From assembly GCA_032718475.1 (NCBI GenBank), contig JAUCBJ010007965.1, positions 1 to 62,457 of the forward strand: 62,457 bases of DNA. Direction: 5' to 3'. The number at the start of each line of letters is the position of its first letter. Positions within the stretch are counted from its first letter, which is position 1. The notes beneath the pieces were generated by a model. The model had not been told where the DNA came from, did no database searches, and was given only the letters and a program-made list of their open reading frames with translations. This DNA is from Nemertoderma westbladi. Its lineage: Eukaryota > Animalia > Xenacoelomorpha. Positions 34,151 to 46,136 of the stretch are shown in pieces. The translations under genes and the position numbers were made by a program.

Positions 34151-36920
34151 CGTAGTGGGACGTAGCATGCCCATTGCTTCTCGTTTCTGCTTGTAAGCCG
34201 GCATACCGACTCCACAATGTGGGACGTAGCATGCCCATTGCTACTCGTTTCTGCTTGTAGGCCGGCCGGCATATCGACTCCACAATGTGGGACGTAGCAT
34301 GCCCAATGCTACTCGTTTCTGCTTGTAGGCCGGCATACCGACTCCACAATGTGGGACGTAGCATGCCCATTGCTACTCGTTTCTGCTTGTAGGCCGGCCG
34401 GCATACCGACTCCACAATGTGGGACGTAGCATGCCCAATGCTACTCGTTTCTGCTTGTAGGCCGGCATACCGACTCCACAATGTGGGACGTAGCATGCCC
34501 AATGCTACTCGTTTCTGCTTGTAGGCCTGCATACCGACTCCACAATGTGGGACGTAGCATGCCCATTGCTACTCGTTTAAATGTGGGACGTAGCATGCCC
34601 AATGCTACACGTTTCTGCTTGTAGGCCGGCCGGCATACCGACTCCACAATGTGGGACGTAGCATGCCCATTGCTACTCGTTTCTGCTTGTAGGCCGGCCG
34701 GCATACCGACTCCACAATGTGGGACGTAGCATGCCCAATGCTACTCGTTTCTGCTTGTAGGCCGGCATACCGACTCCACAATGTGGGACGTAGCATGCCC
34801 AATGCTACTCGTTTCTGCTTGTAGGCCTGCATACCGACTCCACAATGTGGGACGTAGCATGCCCATTGCTACTCGTTTAAATGTGGGACGTAGCATGCCC
34901 AATGCTACACGTTTCTGCTTGTAGGCCGGCCGGCATACCGACTCCACAATGTGGGACGTAGCATGCCCATTGCTACTCGTTTCTGCTTGTAGGCCGGCAT
35001 ACCGACTCCACAATGTGGGACGTAGCATGCCCAATGCTACTCGTTTCTGTTTGTAGGCCGGCATACCGACTCCACAATGTGGGACGTAGCATGCCCAATT
35101 CTACTCGTTTCTGCTCGTAGGCCGGCATACCGACTCCACAATGTGGGATGTAGCATGACCAATGCTACTCGTTTCTGCTTGTAGGCCTGCATACCGACTC
35201 CACAATGTGGGACGTAGCATGCCCATTGCTACTCGTTTAAATGTGGGACGTAGCATGCCCAATGCTACACGTTTCTGCTTGTAGGCCGGCATACCGACTC
35301 CACAATGTGGGACGTAGCATGCCCATTGCTACTCGTTTCTGCTTGTAGGCCTGCATACCGACTCCACAATGTGGGACGTAGCATGCCCATTGCTACTCGT
35401 TTCTGCTTGTAGGCCGGCCGGAATACCGACTCCACAATGTGGGACGTAACATGCCCATTGCTACTCGTTTCTGCTTGTAGGCCGGCCTGCATACCGACTC
35501 CACAATGTGGGACATAGCATGCCCATTGCTACTCGTTTCTGCTTGTAGGCCGGCCGGCATACCGACTCCACAATGTGGAACGTAACATGCCCATTGCTAC
35601 TCGCTTCTGCTTGTAGGCTGGCCTGCATACCGACTCCACAATGTGGAAAGTAGCATGCCCATTGCTACTCGTTTCTGCTTGTAGGCCGGCCTGCATACCG
35701 ACTCCACAATGTGGGACGTAGCATGCCCATTGCTACTCGTTTCTGCTTGTAGGCCGGCATACCGACTCCACAATGTGGGACGTAGCATGCCCATTGCTTC
35801 TCGTTTCTGCTTGTAGGCCGGCCGTCATACCGACTCCATGATGTGGGATGTAGCATGCCCATTGCTACTCGTTTCTGCTTGTAGCCCGGCCGGCATACCG
35901 ACTCCACAATGTGGGATGTAGCATGCCCATTGCTACTCGTTTCTGCTTGTAGGCCGGCCGGCATACCAACTCCACAATGTGGGACGTAGCATTCCAATTG
36001 CTACTCATTTCTGCTTGTAGGCCGGCATACCGACTCCACAATGTGGGACGTAGCATTCCAATTGCTACTCGTTTCTGCTTGTAGGCCGGCCTGCATATCG
36101 ATTCCACAATGTGGGACGTAGCATGCCCATTGCTACTCGCTTCTGCTTGTAGGCCGGCTGGCATACAGACTCCACAATGTAGGACGTAGCATGCCAATTG
36201 CTACTCATTTCTGCTTGTAGGCCGGCATACCGACTCCACAATGTGGGACGTAGCATGCCCATTGCTACTCGTTTCTGCTTGTAGGCCGGCCGGCATACCA
36301 ACTCCACAATGTGGGACGTAGCATTCCAATTGCTACTCGTTTCTGCTTGTAGGCCGGCCTGCATATCGATTCCACAATGTGGGACGTAGCATGCCCATTG
36401 CTACTCGTTTCTGCTTGTAGGCCGGCTGGCATACAGACTCCACAATGTAGGACGTAGCATGCCAATTGCTACTCATTTCTGCTTGTAGGCCGGCATACCG
36501 ACTCCACAATGTGGGACGTAGCATGCCCATTGCTACTCGTTTCTGCTTGTAGGCCGGCCGGCATACCAACTCCACAATGTGGGACGTAGCATTCCAATTG
36601 CTACTCGTTTCTGCTTGTAGGCCGGCCTGCATATCGATTCCACAATGTGGGACGTAGCATGCCCATTGCTACTCGTTTCAGCTTGTAGGCCGGCCGGCAT
36701 ACCGACTCCACAATGTGGGACGTAGCATTCCAATTGCTACTCATTTCTGTTTGTAGGCCGGCATACCGACTCCACAATGTGGGACGTAGCATGCCCATTG
36801 CTACTCGTTTCTGCTTGTAGGCCGGCCTGCATACCGACTCCACAATGTGGGACGTAGCATGCCCATTGCTACTCGTTTCTGCTTGTAGGCCGGCCGGCAT
36901 ACCGACTCCACAATGTGGGC
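34148..36920. repeat. 64/68-bp GC-rich satellite, ~42 copies, with higher-order duplications
   Basis: Unit gggacgtagcatgcccattgctactcgtttctgcttgtaggccggc(cggc)ataccgactccacaatgt; a block repeats at a 300-bp offset (34441 vs 34741). Confidence 0.97.
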
Positions 36921-37026
36921 CGTGAGTAGTGACTAGAAGCAGAAGATGCCTCAACTTATTTAATACGTTTTATTGCTCCAAACATTTCCTCTCATGTTTT
37001 TTCTAGCCTTTTGGTTTATTTTGCAG

Positions 37027-37050
37027 GCGAAGACACGCCGACATCTACCC
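37027..37050 (+). CDS. 24-nt phase-1 micro-exon (C)EDTPTST
   Basis: ttttggtttattttgcAG acceptor, GTAAGT donor at 37051, length divisible by 3. Confidence 0.72.
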
Positions 37051-37385
37051 GTAAGTGTCAAACAAATTAGTTCTATACTATTAAATATCCCAAAATTACT
37101 GTTCACGTAAGGACTGTCATTGTTTTTATTTATTTGTATCGAATTAATTTCGCACTGCCAAATCGCCAGGGCGACATATTTTCCAACTTTACATCGCAGT
37201 GCGACATTATTTCTCAGATGTCCCTACACCATACAGTTTACTATGTATTTCTAGTATATCCAGTATGTCACCGCGTCATTATTAGGTTGTTCTATGAAGT
37301 TTAAGTGCAATACTACAAATAATTCCCCACAAATAAATAAAATATGATTCGCCATTGTTCATATTTAGCACATTAAAGCTTTTAC

Positions 37386-40300
37386 GGTAGCTAGTGTTTT
37401 TTTGGTAGCTAGTGTTTTTTGGTAGCTAGTGTTTTTTTTGTAACTAGTGTTTTTTTGGTAGCTAGTTTTTTTTTGGTAGCTAGTGTTTTTTTGGTAGCTA
37501 GTGTTTTTTTGGGAGCTAGTGTTTTTTTGGTAGCTAGTGTTTTTTTTGGTAGCTAGTGTTTTTTTGGGAGCTAGTGTTTTTTTGGTAGCTAGTGTTTTTT
37601 TTGGTAGCTAGTTTTTTTTGGTAGCTAGTGTTTTTTTGGTAGCTAGTGTTTTTTAGGGAGCTAATGTTTTTTTGGTAGCTAGTGTTTTTTTTGGTAGCTA
37701 GTTTTTTTTGGTAGCTAGTGTTGTTTTGGTAGCTAGTGTTTTTTGGTAGCTAGTGTTTTTTGGTAGCTAGTGTTCTTTTGGTAGCTAGTGTTTTTTTGGT
37801 AGCTAGTGTTTTTTTGGTAGCTAGTTATTTTTTGGTAGCTAGTGTTTTTTTGGTAGCTAGTGTTTTTTTGGTAGCTAGTTATTTTTTGGTAGCTAGTGTT
37901 TTTTTGGTAGCTAGTGTTTTTTTTGGGAGCTAGTGTTTTTTGGTAGCTAGTGTTTTTTTGGTAGCTAGTGTTTTTTTTGGGAGCTAGTGTTTTTTGGTAG
38001 CTAGTTATTTTTTGGTAGCTAGTGTTTTTTTTGTAGCTAGTGTTTTTTTGGTAGCTAGTGTTTTTTTGGTAGCTAGTTTTTTTTGGTAGCTAGTGTTTTT
38101 TTGGGAGCTAATGTTTTTTTGGTAGCTAGTGTTTTTTTTGGTAGCTAGTTTTTTCGGTAGCTAGTGTTTTTTTGGTAGCTAGTGTTTTTTGGTAGCTAGT
38201 GTTTTTTTGGTAGCTAGTGTTTTTTTGGTAGCTAGTTATTTTTTGGTAGCTAGTGTTTTTTTGGTAGCTAGTGTTTTTTTTGGGAGCTAGTGTTTTTTGG
38301 TAGCTAGTGTTTTTTTGGTAGCTAGTGTTTTTTTGGGAGCTAGTGTTTTTTGGTAGCTAGTTATTTTTTGGTAGCTAGTGTTTTTTTTGTAGCTAGTGTT
38401 TTTTTGGTAGCTAGTGTTTTTTTGGTAGCTAGTTTTTTTTGGTAGCTAGTGTTTTTTTGGGAGCTAATGTTTTTTTGGTAGCTAGTGTTTTTTTTGGTAG
38501 CTAGTTTTTTTTTGGTAGCTAGTGTTTTTTTTGGGAGCTAGTGTTTTTTGGTAGCTGGTTATTTTTTGGTAGCTAGTGTTTTTTTTGTAGCTAGTGTTTT
38601 TTTGGTAGCTAGTGTTTTTTTGGTAGCTAGTTTTTTTTGGTAGCTAGTGTTTTTTTGGGAGCTAATGTTTTTTTGGTAGCTAGTGTTTTTTTTGGTAGCT
38701 AGTTTTTTTTGGTAGCTAGTGTTTTTTTGGTAGCTAGTGTTTTTTGGTAGCTAGTGTTTTTTTGGTAGCTAGTGTTTTTTTGGTAGCTAGTTATTTTTTG
38801 GTAGCTAGTGTTCTTTTGGTAGCTAGTGTTTTTTTGGGAGCTAATGTTTTTTTGGTAGCTAGTGTTTTTTTTGGTAGCTAGTTTTTTTTGGTAGCTAGTG
38901 TTTTTTTGGTAGCTAGTGTTTTTTGGTAGCTAGTGTTTTTTGGTAGCTAGTGTTCTTTTGGTAGCTAGTGTTTTTTTGGTAGCTAGTTATTTTTTTGGTA
39001 GCTAGTGTTTTTTTGGTAGCTAGTGTTTTTTTGGGAGCTAGTGTTTTTTTGGTCGCTAGTGTTTATTTGGTAGCTAGTTTTTTTTGGTAGCTAGTGTTTT
39101 TTTGGGAGCTAATGTTTTTTTGGTAGCTAGTGTTTTTTTTGGTAGCTAGTTTTTTTTGGTAGCTAGTGTTTTTTTGGTAGCTAGTGTTTTTTGGTAGCTA
39201 GTGTTTTTTGGTAGCTAGTGTTCTTTTGGTAGCTAGTGTTTTTTTGGTAGCTAGTTATTTTTTGGTAGCTAGTGTTTTTTTGGAAGCTAGTGTTTTTTTG
39301 GTAGCTAGTGTTTTTTTGGGAGCTAGTGTTTTTTTGGTCGCTAGAGTTTATTTGGTAGCTAGTTTTTTTTTGGTAGCTAGTGTTTTTTTGGTATCTAGTT
39401 TTTATTTGGCAGCTAGTGTTTTTTTGGTAGCTAGTGTTTTTTTGGTAGCTAGTGTTTTTTTGGTAGCTAGTGTTTTTTTGGTAGCTAGTTTTTTTTGGTA
39501 GCTAGTGTTTTTTTGGTAGCTAGTGTTTTTTTGGTAACTAGTGTTTTTTTGGTAGCTAGTGTTTTTTTGGTAGCTAGTGTTTTTTTGGTAGCTAGTGTAT
39601 TTTTGGTAGCTAGTTTTTTTTTGGTAGCTAGTGTTTTTTTGGTATCTAGTTTTTATTTGGCAGCTAGTGTTTTTATGGTAGCTAGTTTTTTTTTGGTAGC
39701 TAGTGTTTTTTTGGTAACTAGTGTTTTTTTGGTAGCTAGTTTTTTTTTGGTAGCTAGTGTTTTTTTGGTAGCTAGTGTTTTTTTGGGAGCTAGTGTTTTT
39801 TTGGTAGCTAGTGTTTTTTTTGGTAGCTAGTGTTTTTTTGGGAGCTAGTGTTTTTTTGGTAGCTAGTGTTTTTTTTGGTAGCTAGTTTTTTTTGGTAGCT
39901 AGTGTTTTTTTGGTAGCTAGTGTTTTTTGGTAGCTATTGTTTTTTTGGTAGCTAGTGTTTTTTTGGTAGCTAGTGTTTTTTTGGTAGCTAGTGTTTTTTT
40001 GGTAGCTAGTGTTTTTTTGGGAGCTAATGTTTTTTTGGTAGCTAGTGTTTTTTTTGGTAGCTAGTTTTTTTTGGTAGCTAGTGTTGTTTTGGTAGCTAGT
40101 GTTTTTTGGTAGCTAGTGTTTTTTGGTAGCTAGTGTTCTTTTGGTAGCTAGTGTTTTTTTGGTAGCTAGTTATTTTTTGGTAGCTAGTGTTTTTTTGGTA
40201 GCTAGTGTTTTTTTGGTAGCTAGTTATTTTTTGGTAGCTAGTGTTTTTTTGGTAGCTAGTGTTTTTTTGGGAGCTAGTGTTTTTTGGTAGCTATAGTGTT

Positions 40301-41192
40301 TTTTTGGTAGCTAGTGTTTTTGGGATAGCTAGTGTTTTTTTGGTAGCTAGTGTTTTTTTGGGAGCTAATGTTTTTTTGGTAGCTAGTGTTTTTTTTGGTA
40401 GCTAGTGTTTTTTGGTAGCTAGTGTTTTTTGGTAGCTAGTGTTCTTTTGGTAGCTAGTGTTTTTTTGGTAGCTAGTTATTTTTTGGTAGCTATAGTGTTT
40501 TTTTGGTAGCTAGTGTTTTTGGGATAGCTAGTGTTTTTTTGGTAGCTAGTGTTTTTTTGGGAGCTAATGTTTTTTTGGTAGCTAGTGTTTTTTTTGGTAG
40601 CTAGTTTTTTTTGGTAGCTAGTGTTTTTTTGGTAGCTAGTGTTTTTTGGTAGCTAGTGTTTTTTGGTAGCTAGTGTTCTTTTGGTAGCTAGTGTTTTTTT
40701 GGTAGCTAGTTATTTTTTGGTAGCTAGTGTTTTTTTGGTAGCTAGTGTTATTTTGGTAGCTAGTGTTTTTTTGGGAGCTAGTGTTTTTTTGGTCGCTAGT
40801 GTTTATTTGGTAGCTAGTTTTTTTTTGGTAGCTAGTGTTTTTTTGGTATCTAGTTTTTATTTGGCAGCTAGTGTTTTTTTGGTAGCTAGTGTTTTTTTGG
40901 TAGCTAGTGTTTTTTTGGTAGCTAGTGTTTTTTTGGTAGCTAGTTTTTTTTGGTAGCTAGTGTTTTTTTGGTAGCTAGTGTTTTTTTGGTAACTAGTGTT
41001 TTTTTGGTAGCTAGTGTTTTTTTGGTAGCTAGTGTTTTTTTGGTAGCTAGTGTATTTTTGGTAGCTAGTTTTTTTTTGGTAGCTAGTGTTTTTTTGGTAT
41101 CTAGTTTTTATTTGGCAGCTAGTGTTTTTTTGGTAGCTAGTGTTTTTTTGGTAGCTAGTGTTTTTTTGTTAGCTAGTTTTTTTTTGGTAGCT
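37386..41192. repeat. 17-19-bp satellite (ggtagctagtgttttttt)n, ~3.8 kb
   Basis: Direct reading; block duplication (39208 region recurs at 40663). Confidence 0.98.
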
Positions 41193-41193
41193 G

Positions 41194-43143
41194 GCTCATT
41201 CCATGAAAAGGTCAACCTCCCCACTAATTTCTAAAAATGAGATGTAGCTTTGAATTTATACTTATTTTAGGTCAAAATCTATCGTACTTCATGAATTCAG
41301 TGCTAAAAATTGTATCAACACAGGTGGTTTATCAAAAATAGTCGAATTACAAATTATGCACCTGCTCTGCACAAAATGTGAATAAAAGTGTGCAAAAGTT
41401 TCGTTTCCTGTAGGCACTTCCTATGACCAATAAATTAACATTTCTGAGCATGTACCAAATCAAAAACAAACCCATTTTCGAATTTTTTTGGTTTCATTTA
41501 ATTTCACCAGTGTTTCGTTCCTCTGTAATGAAATCGATAAAGTTTAATCATGTGATGTCCCATACTTTACCTAAAATAGTGAAATTTTTAGTTTATTCAC
41601 AGAGATGTAACTCAGCCTATTCACCCAGTGGAATGCAAAGCACGTTTGTGTTGCGTCATCGTATAAAACAATTAGTTTCATCTTCACTCCCTCAGAAATA
41701 TCATGGCGGCCAATTAAAAATTGTCCCATACTTTACCATCAAAATGGCGATTATATTAGTGCACTGTATTAATGTAATATGTGAAGCCATGAGTGTTATA
41801 ATACTCTAAGGTCATAATCGGCCGTAAGAATAGGAGTCTATATTTGAACTGAGAATCACTCCTCAGTCAATAAATCCTTGGGTTTATGCATGTAAAGTCC
41901 CATACTTTACCAAAAAATAGTGAAATTTTTAATTTATACACAGAGAAGTAGTCTAACTAAGCCCAATCACCCAGTGGAATGCAAAGCAGGTTTGTGTTGC
42001 GTCATCTTAAGAAACAATAACCTGTAGTTTCATAATCTACTCCCTCAGAAACATCATAACGGCCAATTGAAAATTGTCCCATACTTTACCATTATAATGG
42101 CGATTACATTAGTGCACTGTATTAATGTAATATATGAAACCTGGAGGGCAGGAGTGTTATAATGCTTTAGGGTGATAGTAGGGGGAAGCATAGAAGTATG
42201 TATTTGAACTAAGAATCATTCCTCAATTAACTAATCTTTGAGTTTATGCATGTAAAGTCCCGTACTTTACAACAAATTTCAAAAAATTTAGTTTTTTAGC
42301 AGATAAGAAGATCGGTAAGTACAGTAATTGATACATTTTCAGAAAAATGGAAAGAAATTCTAAACTTTTTACAGACTACATACCAAGTTTGGTTATATTT
42401 CATAAATGATTGGCGGACTTATTTCGGTTTTTATCAAAATTTTGAAATTATCGGTAACCAACAGACAGACTGTCTGATATGTGACCTTTGATTCCTTAAA
42501 CTTCAGATTCTTTCCAAACTTTTGACGGACTTCATACGTACCAGGTTTGGTTTAATTTCATCTAAAAATGACCGAGATATACAGTATTAGCGATCAAAAA
42601 TTAGACAGATGACATACAACTCATAAGGGCACCCATATGCTAAGACTTCGGGTCAATTTGTGGGCCGCCCCACATTTTGTATCCATATCTTGGTTGGAAA
42701 TACTTAGTTGCACTTTATTATCACTAATTATCCAGAAATTACTGTTAGGTTAAGTGTAAGAGACCATTTTGACCATAAAATTCGTACAGGTCCCGTACTT
42801 TACTTAGCAATGTCCCATACTTTACCACACAAACCACACTGTAAAAAATTAGCAATGCAGCAATTCGTCTTATATTTATATTTTTATTTAAGCTTAATAA
42901 TACAGCTTTATCCTAAACATCAACTCAATACCGTACCTGCGCACAATTCGCTAAATTTTAGAATTTAAATCAAAAATTAAAAAATACCATTTCGTACGAA
43001 TCCGTACTTTACCTTAATTGGACAAGCTAGCGTTTTCTCAAAAGTGACTAAGTCCCGCCATAAGCTTCGCGAAATCAAAGCTGATATTCCAAAGTTTAAT
43101 CCAAGCACAATTTTGTGCACATATGTGCTGTGGATAACATTGT
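41194..43143. mobile_element. Probable non-autonomous DNA-transposon arm with a recurring motif and a ~350-bp internal duplication; interrupted by copy B
   Basis: gtccc[a/g]tacttta recurs about 8 times; 41557-41896 is duplicated at 41897-42270; no credible ORF; no matching second terminus seen in the window. Confidence 0.5.
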
Positions 43144-44343
43144 TGTTCGCGCTTTTAGACCTTTAGCAGTTTAACCTGCCAAATTTAGGTGTCTTCTAGG
43201 TTATAAATCGACTTTAGCCTATAACAAGTGTTTGATACACATAAAGCTACATTAGCCGAAGCCAGCCTATGCGCGATCATTCACCCACGGTTAAGGGAGA
43301 CTGGATTCGGAAGCTCTGACCTTATTGCGGTGTAGACTTACTGTACTATTCGATTGATCGTTAATATATAATCTCTGACAAATATTATTCACTTTCGGGA
43401 AATATTAACAGTTCCTTTAGGACGTGGCGCTCTAAGTATGTAAACAGAGTTATGACTTACACTAAACACAACGGGATGGCTAATGATTTACGTATAAAGC
43501 GCATTCTTTAGGAAATGCTTTGTTATCTATCACACTCATGCACACTACCGCACAATGCTGCACACTGATCTGCCGACCTTCACTAATTTTAATCATATAT
43601 AAGGAGAACAGCAACTGACACATGTAGGGTCTATGAAATAGCATTCAATTCACTCCAAAACCACTATAATGTAAGTCGCAATTGCTATATGTAACCGGTC
43701 TCTCTAACCTTCAGTATATCAAGAAGATTGGGGTTTTCTGATTATTTATCGATATTCTCCAAATATAATCCATCAACTGATAACAATTAATAACCGACAG
43801 TAAATATCAGTAAAATAATGCGGTGAAAGGTATGTATAGTATTTGAGTTATGAATTATGCATTGAGTTGAGTTGAGTTGTTTGAGTTGATAACAGTTATA
43901 CGTTTCTATGATCAAAGCCGTTCTAATGTTTTGCTAAAGTCTGAAACACAGAATAATTCCACAGACGATGTTCTGGGCTCAGGAAAAAAGGTAACCAAAG
44001 ACCATAATGCATTGCGCGATTTCCCGGAGGCTTCTGTACAAATAAAATGAAAATCGCTCTGATTGGTCGAGTGAGAGAGCCTGAACAAAGAAAGCCAAAA
44101 GCTCCACATCGACATATCAGCTGATAGATGTCGTCATCTGAACTACACTGTATTAAGAGTATTTTGGCGCATTGCGGCATAAAATTGCTTGTTATGTCTG
44201 CTAAAGTACACATACAGAAAAAATGGCTTTTTATGTCCACTAAAACACCTACACAGTAAGAAAACGGCTTTTTATGTCCGCTAAAACACCTACAGAGTAC
44301 TTTGTGGGAAAAATGACTAGCTAGATCCGCAAAAGCCTTTACA
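43144..44343 (-). repeat. 3' LTR of copy B (1200 bp, TGT...ACA)
   Basis: Element strand TGTAAAGGCTTTTGCG...AAAAGCGCGAACA; colinear with 12267-13435. Confidence 0.9.
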
Positions 44344-44351
44344 CCGCTCCC
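44344..44351 (-). promoter_or_regulatory. Short polypurine tract GGGAGCGG
   Basis: Directly precedes the TG of the 3' LTR on the element strand. Confidence 0.65.
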
Positions 44352-44876
44352 AGAAAATGGGATTTAATTCTATAAAATATAAAAAATCACAGTTTCTAAA
44401 ATATAAAAATACTCTAAACAGTTAGTCTTTCTTGCGAGGACGGCGTTTACGCAGTTTTTTGAGGCTAGCAAAAGTCCTTTTCTCTTTGGGGCGAGCCACT
44501 TTACTAGGAGGGCTATAACTCCTGGGTGAAGGGTGCAATACAATTGCATCGGAAGGTTTGGAATTACGGTCGGTGTATCCGCCGGTTGAGGTACCCGTTG
44601 ATTGGTATTAGCCTAAGTAGAACGAGGTCGAACAACCTTAAGAGCGCGTTTTAAGACAGCAGCTCTTACTGGTCCCTGATGGGTCGTTTGCACGAGAGCG
44701 GTAGGTGGACCATGTGTAGTGAGAAATTTCCTCGGTTTGATGATTCTTTCCAACTCGCGTTCTCGGGCTCTATCGGGATCGATATGCTTCTCCTCGAGCT
44801 GATTTTCCTCCGCTTGTCGTTGAAAGCATTCGTCTAAAACTCTTTTAGAGTAGAGTCATCCAAGTTCGATATCTTC

Positions 44877-46136
44877 TTAGAGATTCTGGATTTCCTGATT
44901 GAACTGACATAAAGCTAATTCGTTTACCGCTTGGACTTGCTGCTGCAATTTACATTTCTCTAAACAATTGTAGGTTCCTTTTCCGATCTTTTGACGAATA
45001 GTGTCCAACGCGTTTCGTACAACGCTCTCCTCGACTTCAGTGACGGGTTGTATCGGGGTTAAACCAGGACGATTGTACGGGTTGAACGGCGATATTAGAT
45101 GCCCGCGTCCCAATCCGGCTAGGTAGGAAGGGCAGATATCTAGCGAGCCCACTACCGGAGTGCCACCGATTAACTGTTCGGGTAACACAAGATCTTTAAA
45201 TAGTGAGTACAGTTCAGGGGGATCCGTTATACTATTAGGATCAAGCGTTTGAGGTCTCACTAAGGAATGAGGAGGTCTGACCGAGTATTCCGGAACTCTG
45301 ATCATGGGTTTATTTAAGGATCGTATGAGCCGAGCGAGCGTAGGTGATACGTCGAACAGGTTTCGCTCGAAACTTCCATAAGTATATTGTGTAAAACTGT
45401 GTTTAGCGCAACGTCTCCGCGGATGTTTATGTCTTTCCGTTTGCTGATTGGGTCTAGGGTATTCATCGCAGTAATACCAAAGACGCACGTCCTGCAGGGG
45501 AAACGCGGGTGATCGTTCTCCAGTTTTACAATATTCCTCCATCTGTTCGAAGCTATCTGGGACGACAGGTAGCGGTCGAACGGCGGTAAGATACATCATA
45601 GTGAAATAGAGCCGTTTGAGTTCTATCATAGGGTCATGATGTATACCTTGAGGATATCGAGTTTCTAGATTTTGTTGACTGGCGATATTGTGATATGTTT
45701 CTCTCAAGAATTCCAGATAATCGTTGAAGTCGCTGCGTTTATCCGGCTCTTCAACGTCTTCTCTTTCGAGTCGGTTCCGAATAGAATTCTCGTGTTCTAT
45801 TCTCGGTTTATTGTTCCGACTCTGCTGGGTATGATATTTAAATAAAACCATTTCCCTTTCGGTGTCTATATCGTCCGTATCGTGTAAATCGATAGGATGG
45901 CCAGTAGTTAAGAAGTCCATATACGTACCATTACGATGCGTATAGCGAGCGGTGAATTTTCTATAGTCCAATTCACGCGTAAGTTGCTCCTGGGACATCG
46001 GCGGTTCGATATAATGACCATCGTCCTCCGTAGTAGTTGGACTAGCGTCGCCGCGTATTAAGCTATCAACAAACGCTTGTAAAGTTAGAGTATATCGCTC
46101 CCTGATACCAAGATCATCTTCTATCAACTCAGTCAT
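44877..46136 (-). CDS. Extra ORF of copy B in the env position, 419 aa, unknown function (degenerate extension to ~44422)
   Basis: Long non-repetitive ORF on the element strand between pol and PPT; no evident signal peptide or transmembrane segment; no domain recognised. Confidence 0.8.
   Translation of the reverse strand: MTELIEDDLGIRERYTLTLQAFVDSLIRGDASPTTTEDDGHYIEPPMSQEQLTRELDYRKFTARYTHRNGTYMDFLTTGHPIDLHDTDDIDTEREMVLFKYHTQQSRNNKPRIEHENSIRNRLEREDVEEPDKRSDFNDYLEFLRETYHNIASQQNLETRYPQGIHHDPMIELKRLYFTMMYLTAVRPLPVVPDSFEQMEEYCKTGERSPAFPLQDVRLWYYCDEYPRPNQQTERHKHPRRRCAKHSFTQYTYGSFERNLFDVSPTLARLIRSLNKPMIRVPEYSVRPPHSLVRPQTLDPNSITDPPELYSLFKDLVLPEQLIGGTPVVGSLDICPSYLAGLGRGHLISPFNPYNRPGLTPIQPVTEVEESVVRNALDTIRQKIGKGTYNCLEKCKLQQQVQAVNELALCQFNQEIQNL

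Noticed and set aside
34148-36920. HDV-like or hammerhead ribozyme in the 64/68-bp satellite (ggccggcat...tgggac, gaaac)
   Set aside because: No P2/P3 pseudoknot partners and no CUGANGA core found; only a simple gtagca/tgctac hairpin.
44877-46136. Extra ORF as an envelope gene
   Set aside because: No signal peptide, transmembrane anchor or Cys-rich ectodomain pattern.
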